Assembly: GCA_964566055.1 (NCBI GenBank)
Contig: CAZMHI010000009.1
Coordinates: 19,447-83,446 of the forward strand
DNA from: an uncultured Rhodospirillaceae bacterium
Lineage (GTDB): Bacteria > Pseudomonadota > Alphaproteobacteria > Rhodospirillales > UBA2165
Reading direction: 5' to 3'
DNA length: 64,000 nucleotides
Part shown: positions 9,007-19,436 of the stretch, one piece after another
Layout: each line of letters begins with the position of its first letter
Numbering within the stretch: the first letter of the stretch is position 1
Made by a program: the position numbers and the translations under genes
The notes under the pieces: generated by a model
What the model saw: only the letters and a program-made list of their open reading frames with translations
Database searches by the model: none
Told to the model about the DNA's origin: nothing

Positions 9007-10488
9007 ATGAACGCGAAATTACCGCCCTCGATGGAAATCGAAGAAATCAGCCCCGATGGCACCAGCATTGGTGATTTGTTGCGCGCATCCCGCAATCGCC
9101 GTGACGAAGAACTCCGCGAAGTTTCTGAGGCTTTGCGAATTCGTCAGGTTTATCTGGAAGCCATAGAAAACAATAAATTTGAAGAACTTCCGGGCGCTAT
9201 TTACGCGATTGGTTTCATTCGCACCTATGCCGAATATCTTGGTTTGGATGGAGAAGAAGTTGTCCGCCGCTACAAATCCGAAGAAATATCGCCAGAAAGC
9301 AAACAGGATCTGACTTTCCCCTCTTTGGTTCCGGAACATGGGATTCCCGGAGGTGCGATTGTTATGCTTGGCTTGGTATTGGCTGCCCTCGGTTATGGCA
9401 GCTGGTATTTTGTTTCAACAAAAAATCTCTTTGTCACTGAGCAGGTACCTCCGGTGCCCGAAAAATTGGCGGCAATCGTTGGCGAAAAACCGGTGGCGAC
9501 GGAACCGGTTGATAAGCCCGAAGAACCTACGAGTGCGGCAAATGCTGCGCCGGTTGAAAATTCTGCCGAAAAAGCAGAAGAACCGGTAGCCGCGAAAACA
9601 GAAGATAAACCGGTTGAGACATCTGAATCCGGACAAAGCGGTGCGCCGATAGACGCTGATACTAAGGAAATAGTGAAGGAAGTCACGGAACCCGTTGAAA
9701 AAGTGGCCGAAAAAATTGCCGAGCCCGTTAATGTTAAAGTTGAGGATAAAGTTGAAGAGGTAAAAAAGGTTGTTGCCGCAGCACCGGTGGAACCCAAACC
9801 CGAGCCCGTCCAGGAACCAGCCAAAATAGAATCTAGCGAACCTGCTCAGCCTGTTTCCCCTGAAGCGGCAACAACGGCACCAGCGACCGAACTGCTTCAA
9901 GAACCGGTTCAACAAGAAATCGCAAAAACACCGGAAACGCCAGCTCCTACGCCACCTGCCGAAGCGAAGCCAGAAACAAACATTGAGCCGAAAGTTCCAG
10001 AGAAAATTAATGAGAACGTTCCGGAAAAAGTTGCCGAGAAACCACCAGCACCTGAACCAGTTGCTGAGAAAAAGGTTGAACCGGCGCCAGAGCCTAAACC
10101 ATCACCAGAGCCAGCTGTAGAAACCAAACCAACGCCAACGCCGGCACCGGAAGTTGCCGCGCTGCCCGAAAGCAAACCTGAAGCTGATCCGGCACCCGTC
10201 GCAGCAAACGAAGAGTCACGTATTACCTTACGCGCTGTTACCGACAGCTATATCCAAGTGCGCGACAATAAGGCTGATCAGCTGCTCATCACGCGTCTGC
10301 TTAAAAAGGGTGACAGTTACAATGTACCCAATCGAAGCGGCTTGAGCCTGATCACCGGCAATGCGGGTGCTTTGGAAATTCTCGTTGACGGCACGGCAGT
10401 GCCCTCGATTGGCCCTGTTGGAGCAGTCCGCCGCAATGTCGTGCTGGAAGCCGAAAAACTCAAAGACGGCTCGGCGGTTATCGAATAA
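9007..10488 (+). CDS. rodZ: RodZ-family protein (HTH, TM helix, Pro/Glu-rich linker, DUF4115)
   Basis: IGDLLRASR..LPGAIYAIGFIRTYAEYLGLD, one TM helix, C-terminal GNAGALEILVDG. Confidence 0.88.
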   Translation: MNAKLPPSMEIEEISPDGTSIGDLLRASRNRRDEELREVSEALRIRQVYLEAIENNKFEELPGAIYAIGFIRTYAEYLGLDGEEVVRRYKSEEISPESKQDLTFPSLVPEHGIPGGAIVMLGLVLAALGYGSWYFVSTKNLFVTEQVPPVPEKLAAIVGEKPVATEPVDKPEEPTSAANAAPVENSAEKAEEPVAAKTEDKPVETSESGQSGAPIDADTKEIVKEVTEPVEKVAEKIAEPVNVKVEDKVEEVKKVVAAAPVEPKPEPVQEPAKIESSEPAQPVSPEAATTAPATELLQEPVQQEIAKTPETPAPTPPAEAKPETNIEPKVPEKINENVPEKVAEKPPAPEPVAEKKVEPAPEPKPSPEPAVETKPTPTPAPEVAALPESKPEADPAPVAANEESRITLRAVTDSYIQVRDNKADQLLITRLLKKGDSYNVPNRSGLSLITGNAGALEILVDGTAVPSIGPVGAVRRNVVLEAEKLKDGSAVIE

Positions 10489-10629
10489 TGAGCACCGTCA
10501 AGTTTCAAAAAAACCTGTTAAACACCAACCATTTATAGCAATTTAGTCCCTTCGTCTGATGAGCGCGATGAAATTGTCGTGGCTGATCAGCGTGGTGGAT
10601 CAGCAACTAACTACCGGAATTTTTTCTAA

Positions 10630-11874
10630 ATGGCGTCATTAAATCCAGTTCGCGGCACGCAAGATATACTGCCTGAGGAAAGCCGTCTTTACCGGCGGGT
10701 CGAAGAGACCGCCTTTAACGTTGCCGAGCGTTACGGCTTTGGTGAAATCACCACGCCTATTTTCGAGTTTACCGAAGTTTTCAGCCGCACCCTCGGCGAC
10801 ACTTCCGATATCGTGACCAAGGAAATGTATACCTTTGAAGATAAAGGCGGTGATCAGATTACACTCCGGCCCGAAGGCACTGCCGGAGTTGCACGCGCCT
10901 TTATATCCAATGGATTACAGCAGGATTTACCGCTCAAACTATTCTATCGCGGACCTATGTTCCGCTATGAGCGCCCGCAAAAGGGCCGCCGCCGCCAGTT
11001 TCGACAAGTCGGCGTTGAAATTTTAGGTGTCGCCACGCCGCAAGCCGATATTGAGACCATTTCAATTGCCCAGACTTTTCTGGAAGAACTTGGCCTTAAA
11101 GACAACATCACGCTTGAGCTCAACAGCCTTGGTGACAGTAAAAGCCGCACCGCCTATCGCGATGAACTGGTAAAGTATCTTTCAGGTCACAAAGATAAAT
11201 TGTCAAAAGACAGTTTGGAACGGCTGGATCGCAATCCCTTGCGCATTCTCGATTCCAAAAATGAGGGCGACCAGGCGATTGTTGTTGATGCTCCCAAGCT
11301 CCAAGACAGCCTCAACGACGCCTCTCGAGATTTTTTTAACGAGCTTTGCGAGGGCCTAACCAAGCTGGGTATCGCCTTTGAGCACAACACCAAGCTAGTG
11401 CGGGGTCTTGATTATTACTGCCATACCGCCTTTGAGTTTACGACCACTGATCTCGGCGCCCAAGGTACCGTACTCGCAGGTGGGCGTTATGACGGACTGG
11501 TTGGCCAGATGGGAGGACCGGAAACGCCGGGAATCGGCTGGGCTGCGGGTGTCGAGCGTTTATCCTTGCTGTTGGATGAAGGTGCTGAAGCGAAGCGGCC
11601 CATTGTCGTCATTCCGGTAGGTGGTGAGGCCGAGAGCGAAGCCATGGTGGTCACTGAAATGCTGCGCAAAAAGGGCTACCGGGTTGATCTTGGCTATTCC
11701 GGCAATCTCAAAAAACGTATGAAACGCGCTAATCAATTAAATGCTGCAGCAGCCATCCTTTTGGGCGAGGATGAATTAACGCGAAATGTCGGCACCTTGA
11801 GAGATATGGATTCCGGTGAGCAAAAAGAAGTATCATTGGAAACATTGGAAGATCACTTGGCACCTTATAAGTAA
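10630..11874 (+). CDS. hisS: Histidine--tRNA ligase
   Basis: LRPEGTA, FRYERPQKGR, LVRGLDYY, AGGRYDGL. Confidence 0.97.
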   Translation: MASLNPVRGTQDILPEESRLYRRVEETAFNVAERYGFGEITTPIFEFTEVFSRTLGDTSDIVTKEMYTFEDKGGDQITLRPEGTAGVARAFISNGLQQDLPLKLFYRGPMFRYERPQKGRRRQFRQVGVEILGVATPQADIETISIAQTFLEELGLKDNITLELNSLGDSKSRTAYRDELVKYLSGHKDKLSKDSLERLDRNPLRILDSKNEGDQAIVVDAPKLQDSLNDASRDFFNELCEGLTKLGIAFEHNTKLVRGLDYYCHTAFEFTTTDLGAQGTVLAGGRYDGLVGQMGGPETPGIGWAAGVERLSLLLDEGAEAKRPIVVIPVGGEAESEAMVVTEMLRKKGYRVDLGYSGNLKKRMKRANQLNAAAAILLGEDELTRNVGTLRDMDSGEQKEVSLETLEDHLAPYK

Positions 11875-11893
11875 GGTAAAGATTAGAAATACT

Positions 11894-13096
11894 ATGATCG
11901 ATCAGAAAATCAGACCGGATCAGTTAGCAGGATCACTTGTCATCGTCGGCGCCAATCACCGGTCGTCGACCATGCTGCTGCGTGATCGCTTGTTTATTTC
12001 TGAGACCGTCCTGCCGTCTTTTTACACCCGCTTGCGCGACGCCGGAATTAGTGAAGCCATTATTTTTTCGACCACTGATATCACCGAGATTATTATTACC
12101 ACGCCAGCAAACGCGCCAGCTGCCGCCGCCGAAGTGGTTAAACTGCTGGCCGCCCATGCCGGGGAGAGCCGCAGCGAGATTGAAGGTCAGACCTATACTT
12201 TAAGCGGTCCGGAAGCGATTAAACACCTGTTTGCCGTCGCAGCTGCGCTGGATAGTTTGGTTGTCGGCGACACCCAATTACTTGGCCAATTGCGCTCTGC
12301 CCATCGCCATGCCCGCAGCAACAATATGGCTGGTGTTTATCTGGATAGTTTGATTGCCGCCGCGCAACAGGCGGCCGAGCGTGTCAGCATAGAAACCGAA
12401 ATTGATCAACGACCGGTGTCGATTGCTGCTGCCGCCGTACAGGTTGCACGTGATCTACATGGCGATCTGGCGCGCTCAACCGGCTTGCTGATCGGAGCCG
12501 GTGAAATGGGGGAAATGCTGGCGTCAAGCATGCGCTCGGCGGGGCTTGGCAATTTGATTGTCACCCATCCCTCGGATCAGCGCGCCGATACTTTGGGCCA
12601 GCATCTCAATTGCCATATTGGCGCTTTTGAGGACTTGGCACAGCTCCTAACCCAAGCTGATATCGTCCTGACATCAATGAATACCCGACGTTTTGTCCTC
12701 GATGCCGATAGCTTAAAAGTGGCGACCAAAGCACGGCGGCGGAAACCGATCTTTGTCATTGATACCGGCGTACCGGGAGATGTTGATCCAGCCGTCGAGG
12801 CTCTTGAAGATGTATTTCTCTATACCCTTGATGATTTAGAGCGGGTAACCCGGGAAGGCCGCGCCTCACGCGCCGAGGAAGCTGAAACGGCGTGGGATAT
12901 AATCGAAGACGAAGCAACTCATTTTGATAGCTCCCAATCAACAGAAGCTGGTGGAACGGTTCAGCACGATGCCTCAGATGATATTGAAAGCCTGCGCCGG
13001 GCGGCACTGGATGAAGCAGGCGGCGATGCCGAAAAAGCCACGCGTATATTGCTGGATCGCCTCAAAAACTTACCGAAAAATTCAAGAGACACTTAA
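11894..13096 (+). CDS. hemA: Glutamyl-tRNA reductase homologue with degenerate active site
   Basis: GANHRS, HLFAVAAALDSLVVG, VSIAAAAV, LIGAGEMG, LYTLDDL; position upstream of prfA-prmC; STCNRTE replaced by STTDITE. Confidence 0.8.
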   Translation: MIDQKIRPDQLAGSLVIVGANHRSSTMLLRDRLFISETVLPSFYTRLRDAGISEAIIFSTTDITEIIITTPANAPAAAAEVVKLLAAHAGESRSEIEGQTYTLSGPEAIKHLFAVAAALDSLVVGDTQLLGQLRSAHRHARSNNMAGVYLDSLIAAAQQAAERVSIETEIDQRPVSIAAAAVQVARDLHGDLARSTGLLIGAGEMGEMLASSMRSAGLGNLIVTHPSDQRADTLGQHLNCHIGAFEDLAQLLTQADIVLTSMNTRRFVLDADSLKVATKARRRKPIFVIDTGVPGDVDPAVEALEDVFLYTLDDLERVTREGRASRAEEAETAWDIIEDEATHFDSSQSTEAGGTVQHDASDDIESLRRAALDEAGGDAEKATRILLDRLKNLPKNSRDT

Positions 13097-13099
13097 CCG

Positions 13100-14173
13100 A
13101 TGAGCATTGCGGAAAAACTCAATCGCGTGGTCGCGCGGCATGATGAATTGCGCGACACCATGGCTACCCAAACTGATATGGATAGCCAGGAACTGCAGCG
13201 AATTGCCAAGGAATTCGCCGAACTGACAGAAATCGTCAAGGCAGTTGAAGAATTCCGTGCCATGGAAGCCGAAATTCATGATCTTGCGGAACTCGTCGCT
13301 GATCCTGATACCGATGGTGAAATGCGCAGCATGGCGGAAGAGGAGTTCAACGAACTAAAACAGCAAATACCCCTAAAAGAGCGGGAAATTCAGCTGCTGC
13401 TTTTACCCAAAGACGCAGCAGATGAAAAAAATGCCATTCTCGAAGTCCGCGCCGGCACCGGCGGTGACGAGGCGGCTTTGTTTGCCGCTGATTTATTCCG
13501 CATGTATCAACGTTATGCCGAGCAGCATAAATGGAAGTTCGAACCCATCGACATCAATGAAACCGGTATCGGCGGCTTTAAAGAGGCGTCTGCTAACATC
13601 ACTGGCAAGGGGGTTTTCGCCAAGCTAAAGTTTGAATCTGGCGTTCACCGGGTCCAGCGCGTGCCAGAAACTGAATCGCAAGGCCGTGTTCACACCTCAG
13701 CGGCTACGGTCGCAGTGCTGCCCGAAGCCGAAGAAGTCGACGTGCATATTGATCAGAAAGACTTACGTGTCGACACCTATCGCGCCCAGGGCGCCGGTGG
13801 CCAGCATGTTAATAAAACCGATAGCGCCATTCGCATCACCCATTTGCCAACCAATATTGTGGTGCAATGCCAGGATGGTAAATCGCAGCATAAAAACCGC
13901 GCCCAGGCGATGAAAATGCTGCGCGCCAAGCTGTATGAAACAGAACGCGCTGAAAAAGACGCTGCCCGGGCCGCCGACCGCAAGAACCAGGTTGGCTCCG
14001 GTGACCGCTCAGAACGCATCCGCACCTATAATTACCCCCAAGGCCGCATTACGGATCACCGCATCAATTTGACCCTGTATAAATTGGATAGGGCGATGGA
14101 AGGCGATCTCGACGAAGTGTTTGATGCGCTGGCGACAGAAGACCAGGCAGCCCGTCTCGCTGAAATAACGTGA
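13100..14173 (+). CDS. prfA: Peptide chain release factor 1
   Basis: PET (PxT) motif, [20 protein letters not shown]. Confidence 0.97.
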   Translation: MSIAEKLNRVVARHDELRDTMATQTDMDSQELQRIAKEFAELTEIVKAVEEFRAMEAEIHDLAELVADPDTDGEMRSMAEEEFNELKQQIPLKEREIQLLLLPKDAADEKNAILEVRAGTGGDEAALFAADLFRMYQRYAEQHKWKFEPIDINETGIGGFKEASANITGKGVFAKLKFESGVHRVQRVPETESQGRVHTSAATVAVLPEAEEVDVHIDQKDLRVDTYRAQGAGGQHVNKTDSAIRITHLPTNIVVQCQDGKSQHKNRAQAMKMLRAKLYETERAEKDAARAADRKNQVGSGDRSERIRTYNYPQGRITDHRINLTLYKLDRAMEGDLDEVFDALATEDQAARLAEIT

Positions 14174-15033
14174 CCTCTACTCGATCGATTGGCGCCCTCT
14201 ATCAAGAATTAGCCGAAGAATTGGCCGCTGCCGGAATTGAAGAACCCCGGCTGGAAGCGCGCATGTTGCTGAGCTTCGCCGCGGGTATCGAGCAATCCCG
14301 CATTATCGGTTATCCGGAAGATGAAATAGCTGCAAACACAGCCACCCAACTGAACAGCTTCGCTCAGCGCCGGAAGACCGGCGAGCCGATTGCCTATATC
14401 ACCGGTCAAAAAGAGTTTTGGAGTCTTAATTTTAAAGTCACTCCGGATACCTTAATTCCCCGGCCCGACAGCGAAACGCTGATCGAAGCTGTATTGGGTG
14501 AAATCCCTGACAGGTCCGCCAGTCTCAGAATATTGGATCTCGGCACCGGCACCGGCTGCCTTTTATTGGCATTGCTGTCAGAATTGCCGAACGCCACCGG
14601 ACTAGGCGTCGATATCAATCCCAGGGCCTGCGAAATTGCGGAGGAGAATGCTGCTCGGATTGGCCTGACTTCCAGAGTAAAAATCAAAACCAACGACTGG
14701 ATGACGGGATTAGACGGTGAATTCGACATCATTATCAGCAATCCGCCCTACATCATCGAATCAGATATTGCAGCGCTGGATTTGGATGTAAATCAGTTTG
14801 AGCCCCATCTTGCTTTGTCAGGAGGTCCGGATGGACTTGCTGCATACCATATTATTGCAGCCCAATGTTTGCAGCATTTACCACCAAAAGGGCTCTTGGC
14901 GGTTGAATGTGGTATGGGACAAGCTACTGATATCAAAGGAATATTTGAAAATAACAACTTAAAAGTAAAAAATATCCTTCGTGATATCGCAAACGTTGAG
15001 CGTTGCATCTTAGCAACAGTGCAAAAATCATAG
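14170..15033 (+). CDS. prmC: Release factor glutamine methyltransferase
   Basis: [21 protein letters not shown]; overlaps the prfA stop (GTGA). Confidence 0.95.
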   Translation: MTSTRSIGALYQELAEELAAAGIEEPRLEARMLLSFAAGIEQSRIIGYPEDEIAANTATQLNSFAQRRKTGEPIAYITGQKEFWSLNFKVTPDTLIPRPDSETLIEAVLGEIPDRSASLRILDLGTGTGCLLLALLSELPNATGLGVDINPRACEIAEENAARIGLTSRVKIKTNDWMTGLDGEFDIIISNPPYIIESDIAALDLDVNQFEPHLALSGGPDGLAAYHIIAAQCLQHLPPKGLLAVECGMGQATDIKGIFENNNLKVKNILRDIANVERCILATVQKS

Positions 15034-15272
15034 AAAAATTGTGAAAATAGAGTTTGAAAACCTCGCCCAGATCATTAGTTTAAGTGGAACGGTTGTGCCG
15101 TAAACGCCATTTAATTGGTTTGAGTTTAGCGGCCACCATAAATCCCCAAACGTGGAAAAGAACTGATAACGTCGCCCGTGATCATAAGATCAAAAAATTA
15201 ATGGGTATTAAATTGAAGCAGTTCATGTGGGTGGGGGCCTATTCAGCGAAAAAGCAGTGAAGTTATGACACA

Positions 15273-15848
15273 ATGAAACAAGCTTCCAATTCCCGGCGCT
15301 CACGCGGGCGTGGTAACGGTAAGAGACAAAACAACAGAAATAGTAATTTCGATAGTGGTGGTCCAGATGGCAGAATTCGTGGCAACGCCAGTCAAGTCCA
15401 TGAAAAATATCTCGCCTTAGCGCGCGATGCACTGGCTGCCGATGATCGCATTGCCTCAGAAAATTACTTTCAGCACGCCGAGCATTTTTACCGTATTTTG
15501 CACGCCAATTCCGACGGCCAGAAAGACAGCGCTAAAGACGGCGATTCCAATCAAAAAGATCGCAACCGCAGCCGCCGTAACCGTAACCGGGGCAATGGCC
15601 GGGACAATACGAGAGACAGGAACAATAATCAGCAGCAAACTGCTGAGGCGGAAAACAAACCGGTGGAAGAAAATACGGACAAACAACCTGAAACAGTTGA
15701 AGTGGAAGCAGCTGCCGAGACAGTCGAAAATCCGGGAAATTCAATTGAGGATGTCCCAGAAGCTCAGGAACCCCAGGAGCCGCAAGTACCGCAAGAAAGC
15801 GAAGAGCCTGAGGAACCTCAGGAACCCCAAGAACCAATTTCTGCTTGA
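15273..15848 (+). CDS. DUF4167 domain protein
   Basis: RRSRGR..FDSGGPDGRIRGNASQVHEKYLALARDA..ENYFQHAEHFYR. Confidence 0.9.
   Translation: MKQASNSRRSRGRGNGKRQNNRNSNFDSGGPDGRIRGNASQVHEKYLALARDALAADDRIASENYFQHAEHFYRILHANSDGQKDSAKDGDSNQKDRNRSRRNRNRGNGRDNTRDRNNNQQQTAEAENKPVEENTDKQPETVEVEAAAETVENPGNSIEDVPEAQEPQEPQVPQESEEPEEPQEPQEPISA
15759..15837 (+). repeat. Degenerate 9-bp tandem repeat encoding (EPQ)n at the DUF4167 C-terminus
   Basis: EAQEPQEPQVPQESEEPEEPQEPQEP; repeated caggaaccc-like units. Confidence 0.65.
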
Positions 15849-15854
15849 ATTAAG

Positions 15855-16622
15855 TTACATTAGCTCGATTTCATCGCCGCACTTAATTTCACCGCCCTTA
15901 ATGACTTCGGTGTAGATGCCCATGTCCATATGGGCATAATTTTCATAGAGTTGCTTCGGCACATTGATATCACGCACCGCCGTTACCGGATTAACCATGG
16001 TTGCCGCACAGCGTTGGGTGCGCTTAAAGGCACGTAAAATTACTTCGCCAATTCTTAATTCCCGGTCAATCCAATCAAATTCCTGCCACGCTTCGCCGCC
16101 CTCAATATTGATATTGCCACGAAAGCGGACGGGATTAATCTCGGCGCCAATTTGCTCACCAAAATCCCGCACTGATGTCAGATTTATCAATGAAATTGCT
16201 TTGTCCGGCACATCGGAGAAGGAATGCCCCACTGTGCCTCCCGTCGCGCGTACAAGGCGGGGGCAATTGTCTGGTGATATATCCAAATAGCTTCTGAAAA
16301 GTTCCGCCGCTTCCACGCAATCGGCAGGATCGGCCAAATCTGCCTCCATTAACAGTTTGCTATTCTGAAAAATTGACAATGTCTTAGATACTGGATCGAG
16401 CCGGGTCTCAAATTCGGCCAATTTTTCATCCCTCACCAGGGCCAAAAAATTTGTTTTCTGCAGATACTCCGGATTGTCAGGATCAAACTGCACGCCTGCC
16501 CGGGCAAAAGCATATTCTCGGTCCCCGGGTATCACCTCACCCGCCTCAAGAACCACGCTGGTCATACTTTCGCCTGATAAGCCTTTAACTGGGTAACGGT
16601 AAATGCTTTTAATTTTGTTCAT
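15855..16622 (-). CDS. MOSC domain-containing protein
   Basis: IYRYPVKG, GDREYA, RFRGNI, RCAAT with conserved Cys. Confidence 0.92.
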   Translation of the reverse strand: MNKIKSIYRYPVKGLSGESMTSVVLEAGEVIPGDREYAFARAGVQFDPDNPEYLQKTNFLALVRDEKLAEFETRLDPVSKTLSIFQNSKLLMEADLADPADCVEAAELFRSYLDISPDNCPRLVRATGGTVGHSFSDVPDKAISLINLTSVRDFGEQIGAEINPVRFRGNINIEGGEAWQEFDWIDRELRIGEVILRAFKRTQRCAATMVNPVTAVRDINVPKQLYENYAHMDMGIYTEVIKGGEIKCGDEIELM

Positions 16623-16682
16623 CTGAATTTCTTTTGTATTGCCGTTTCACTTTTGGCTAAACATTGGTATCCTTTTTAACCC

Positions 16683-16710
16683 CTTGCGGCTAGCACCATT
16701 TGGCCCATAT
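16683..16710 (+). promoter_or_regulatory. RpoH (sigma32)-type promoter of clpB
   Basis: CTTGCG-N15-CCCATAT, close to the alphaproteobacterial CTTGAA-N15/16-CCTATAT consensus, upstream of a heat-shock gene. Confidence 0.7.
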
Positions 16711-16806
16711 TAGATAACGAAAACAATGACTACTCATCCTTTGAGGGGTTGACTGCGGCCACGGTTTTAGGAGCATGATACCTTGTCACCAGAAAGGTAA
16801 TTGAGC

Positions 16807-19404
16807 ATGGAATTCGAAAATTATACCGAGCGCTCCAGGGGCTTTATTCAGTCGGCGCAAAGCTTAGCCGCCCGTTCCGGGCATCAGCAGCTCTCGCCCG
16901 AACATATCTTAAAAGTCCTGTTGGAGGACAAGGAAGGTATGGCGGCGGGTTTAATCCAGGCTGCCGGCGGCAATGCCAAACAGGCTTTCGAAGATGTTTT
17001 AGCCGAACTCAAACGCGTGCCGGAAGTTCAAGGTTCAGGCGCCGGCCAGGTTTATATTTCGACCGAGCTTTCAAAAGTCTTAGGCCAGGCCGAAGAAATT
17101 GCAGAAAAAGCCGGTGACAGCTACGTCACAGCGGAACGCTTGCTGCTCGCCTTGGCGCTCACGCCTGACACACCGTCCCATAAAATCTTAGCCACCAATG
17201 GTGTGACGCCGCAAAATCTCAATACCGCGATAGAAGATATGCGAAAGGGCCGGAAAGCCCAGTCGGCCACCGCCGAAGATGGCTATGACGCGCTTAAGAA
17301 ATACGCTCAAGACCTGACGGCGGATGCCCGCGAAGGTAAATTAGACCCGGTGATTGGCCGGGACGAGGAAATCCGCCGTACCATTCAAGTACTGTCCCGC
17401 CGGACAAAAAACAATCCAGTGCTGATCGGTGAGCCGGGCGTGGGTAAGACCGCCATCGCCGAGGGCCTCGCTTTGCGGATCGTCAATGGTGACGTCCCTG
17501 AAGCACTGCTCAATAAACAATTGATGGTGCTTGATTTGGGCGCACTCCTGGCTGGTGCAAAATACCGCGGCGAATTTGAAGAGCGTCTCAAAGCTGTACT
17601 CACCGAAGTTACCGAAGCCGCCGGTGAAGTAATCCTGTTTATCGATGAAATGCACACACTGGTGGGCGCTGGCGCCGCCGAAGGGGCAATGGATGCCTCT
17701 AATTTACTCAAACCCGCTTTGGCCCGGGGCGAATTGCATTGCGTTGGCGCCACCACACTTAAAGAGTACCGCCAGAACGTTGAAAAAGATGCGGCCTTGG
17801 CCCGGCGATTTCAGCCCGTCTTTATTGCCGAGCCGACGGTCGAGGATACCATCTCGATCTTGCGCGGTATCAAAGAAAAATACGATCTCCATCATGGTGT
17901 ACGCATTACCGATGCCGCCCTGGTATCCGCCGCAACGTTGTCGAACCGTTATATCACCGACCGTTTTCTGCCCGATAAGGCGATTGATCTGATGGATGAG
18001 GCCGCCAGCCGCCTCCGCATGGAGGTTGATTCCAAACCTGAAGAAATTGATGAACTCGACCGCCGCATTATCCAGCTAAAAATCGAAATGGAAGCGCTCA
18101 AGAAAGAAACCGACAAAGCCTCGCAGGAACGTCTGCTGCTGTTGGACGAAGAGCTAGGCGGCCTCGAGGATAAATCGGCTACTCTTACCGAGAAATGGCA
18201 AAGTGAGAAAAGCGATATAGCTGAGACCCAAAAGCTTAAAGAGCAGTTGGATCAGGCGCGAAGCGCTTTGGACAAGGCCTTCCGTGAAGGCGAATTGGAA
18301 AACGCCGGTGAGCTGCAATACAGCCTGATCCCCGGTCTGGAAGAAAAGCTTGCTGTTGCCGAAGCTTCAGAAGGCCACAGCATGGTGCAGGAATCAGTTA
18401 CGGAAGAGGCAATCGCCTCGGTGGTTTCCCGCTGGACCGGTATTCCGGTTGATAAGATGATGCAGGGCGAGCGTGAAAAACTGGTCGAAATGGAAGAACG
18501 CCTAGGCGCCCGCGTCATTGGCCAGGACGAGGCCTTGGCTGCGGTCTCTAACGCTGTCCGGCGCGCCCGGGCCGGGCTGCAAGATGCCGCCCGCCCTTTG
18601 GGCTCGTTTCTGTTTATTGGCCCAACCGGTGTCGGTAAGACCGAGCTCACCAAAGCCTTGGCCGAATTTCTATTTGATGACGAGGCCGCTCTGTTGCGCG
18701 TCGATATGTCCGAATATATGGAAAAACATGCGGTCGCCCGCCTGATCGGCGCACCTCCCGGCTATGTCGGCTATGATGAAGGCGGGGCCTTAACCGAAGC
18801 CGTCCGCCGCCGCCCTTATCAGGTTATTTTATTTGATGAGGTCGAAAAAGCGCATCCGGATGTCTTTAATATCCTGCTGCAAGTGCTGGATGATGGCCGC
18901 CTCACCGATGGGCAAGGGCGCACGGTTGATTTCCGCAATACGCTGATTATTCTGACTTCCAATTTGGGTGCGGATATTCTGGCCAACCAGGAAGAAGGCC
19001 ATGATTCAATCGAACTTAAAGACGTCGTTATGGAAGCTGTACGCGCTGCTTTCCGGCCGGAGTTTCTTAATCGCTTGGATGAAATGGTGCTGTTCCATCG
19101 CCTCTTCCGCGAACATATGGATGGTATCGTTGATATCCAGCTGGCACGGCTTCGTGAACGCCTGGAAGACCGCAAAATAACCCTAGCGATCGACCCCGCT
19201 GCCCTCGCCTGGCTGGCCGACACCGGCTATGATCAGGTTTATGGCGCGAGGCCCCTCAAACGCGTGATCCAGCGAAGTTTGGAGAATAGTCTTGCCGGCC
19301 TCATATTGGAAGGCAAGATCAATGACGGCGAAACGGTCAATGTCAGCGCCGGCGACAAGGGTCTGGTGATCAACGGTGAAATCGTCCAGGAACAAGCCGC
19401 CTAA
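16807..19404 (+). CDS. clpB: ATP-dependent chaperone ClpB
   Basis: Two Walker A motifs ([16 protein letters not shown]), coiled-coil M domain, GYVG loop; ATG 16807 chosen on RBS spacing. Confidence 0.97.
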   Translation: MEFENYTERSRGFIQSAQSLAARSGHQQLSPEHILKVLLEDKEGMAAGLIQAAGGNAKQAFEDVLAELKRVPEVQGSGAGQVYISTELSKVLGQAEEIAEKAGDSYVTAERLLLALALTPDTPSHKILATNGVTPQNLNTAIEDMRKGRKAQSATAEDGYDALKKYAQDLTADAREGKLDPVIGRDEEIRRTIQVLSRRTKNNPVLIGEPGVGKTAIAEGLALRIVNGDVPEALLNKQLMVLDLGALLAGAKYRGEFEERLKAVLTEVTEAAGEVILFIDEMHTLVGAGAAEGAMDASNLLKPALARGELHCVGATTLKEYRQNVEKDAALARRFQPVFIAEPTVEDTISILRGIKEKYDLHHGVRITDAALVSAATLSNRYITDRFLPDKAIDLMDEAASRLRMEVDSKPEEIDELDRRIIQLKIEMEALKKETDKASQERLLLLDEELGGLEDKSATLTEKWQSEKSDIAETQKLKEQLDQARSALDKAFREGELENAGELQYSLIPGLEEKLAVAEASEGHSMVQESVTEEAIASVVSRWTGIPVDKMMQGEREKLVEMEERLGARVIGQDEALAAVSNAVRRARAGLQDAARPLGSFLFIGPTGVGKTELTKALAEFLFDDEAALLRVDMSEYMEKHAVARLIGAPPGYVGYDEGGALTEAVRRRPYQVILFDEVEKAHPDVFNILLQVLDDGRLTDGQGRTVDFRNTLIILTSNLGADILANQEEGHDSIELKDVVMEAVRAAFRPEFLNRLDEMVLFHRLFREHMDGIVDIQLARLRERLEDRKITLAIDPAALAWLADTGYDQVYGARPLKRVIQRSLENSLAGLILEGKINDGETVNVSAGDKGLVINGEIVQEQAA

Positions 19405-19436
19405 AATAATTAATCGACTGTCGATAAATATAGAGA

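Noticed and set aside
9480-10210. Repeat array or adhesin in the Pro/Glu/Lys-rich stretch
   Set aside because: It is the low-complexity periplasmic linker of RodZ; no regular nucleotide repeat unit and no CRISPR-like spacing.
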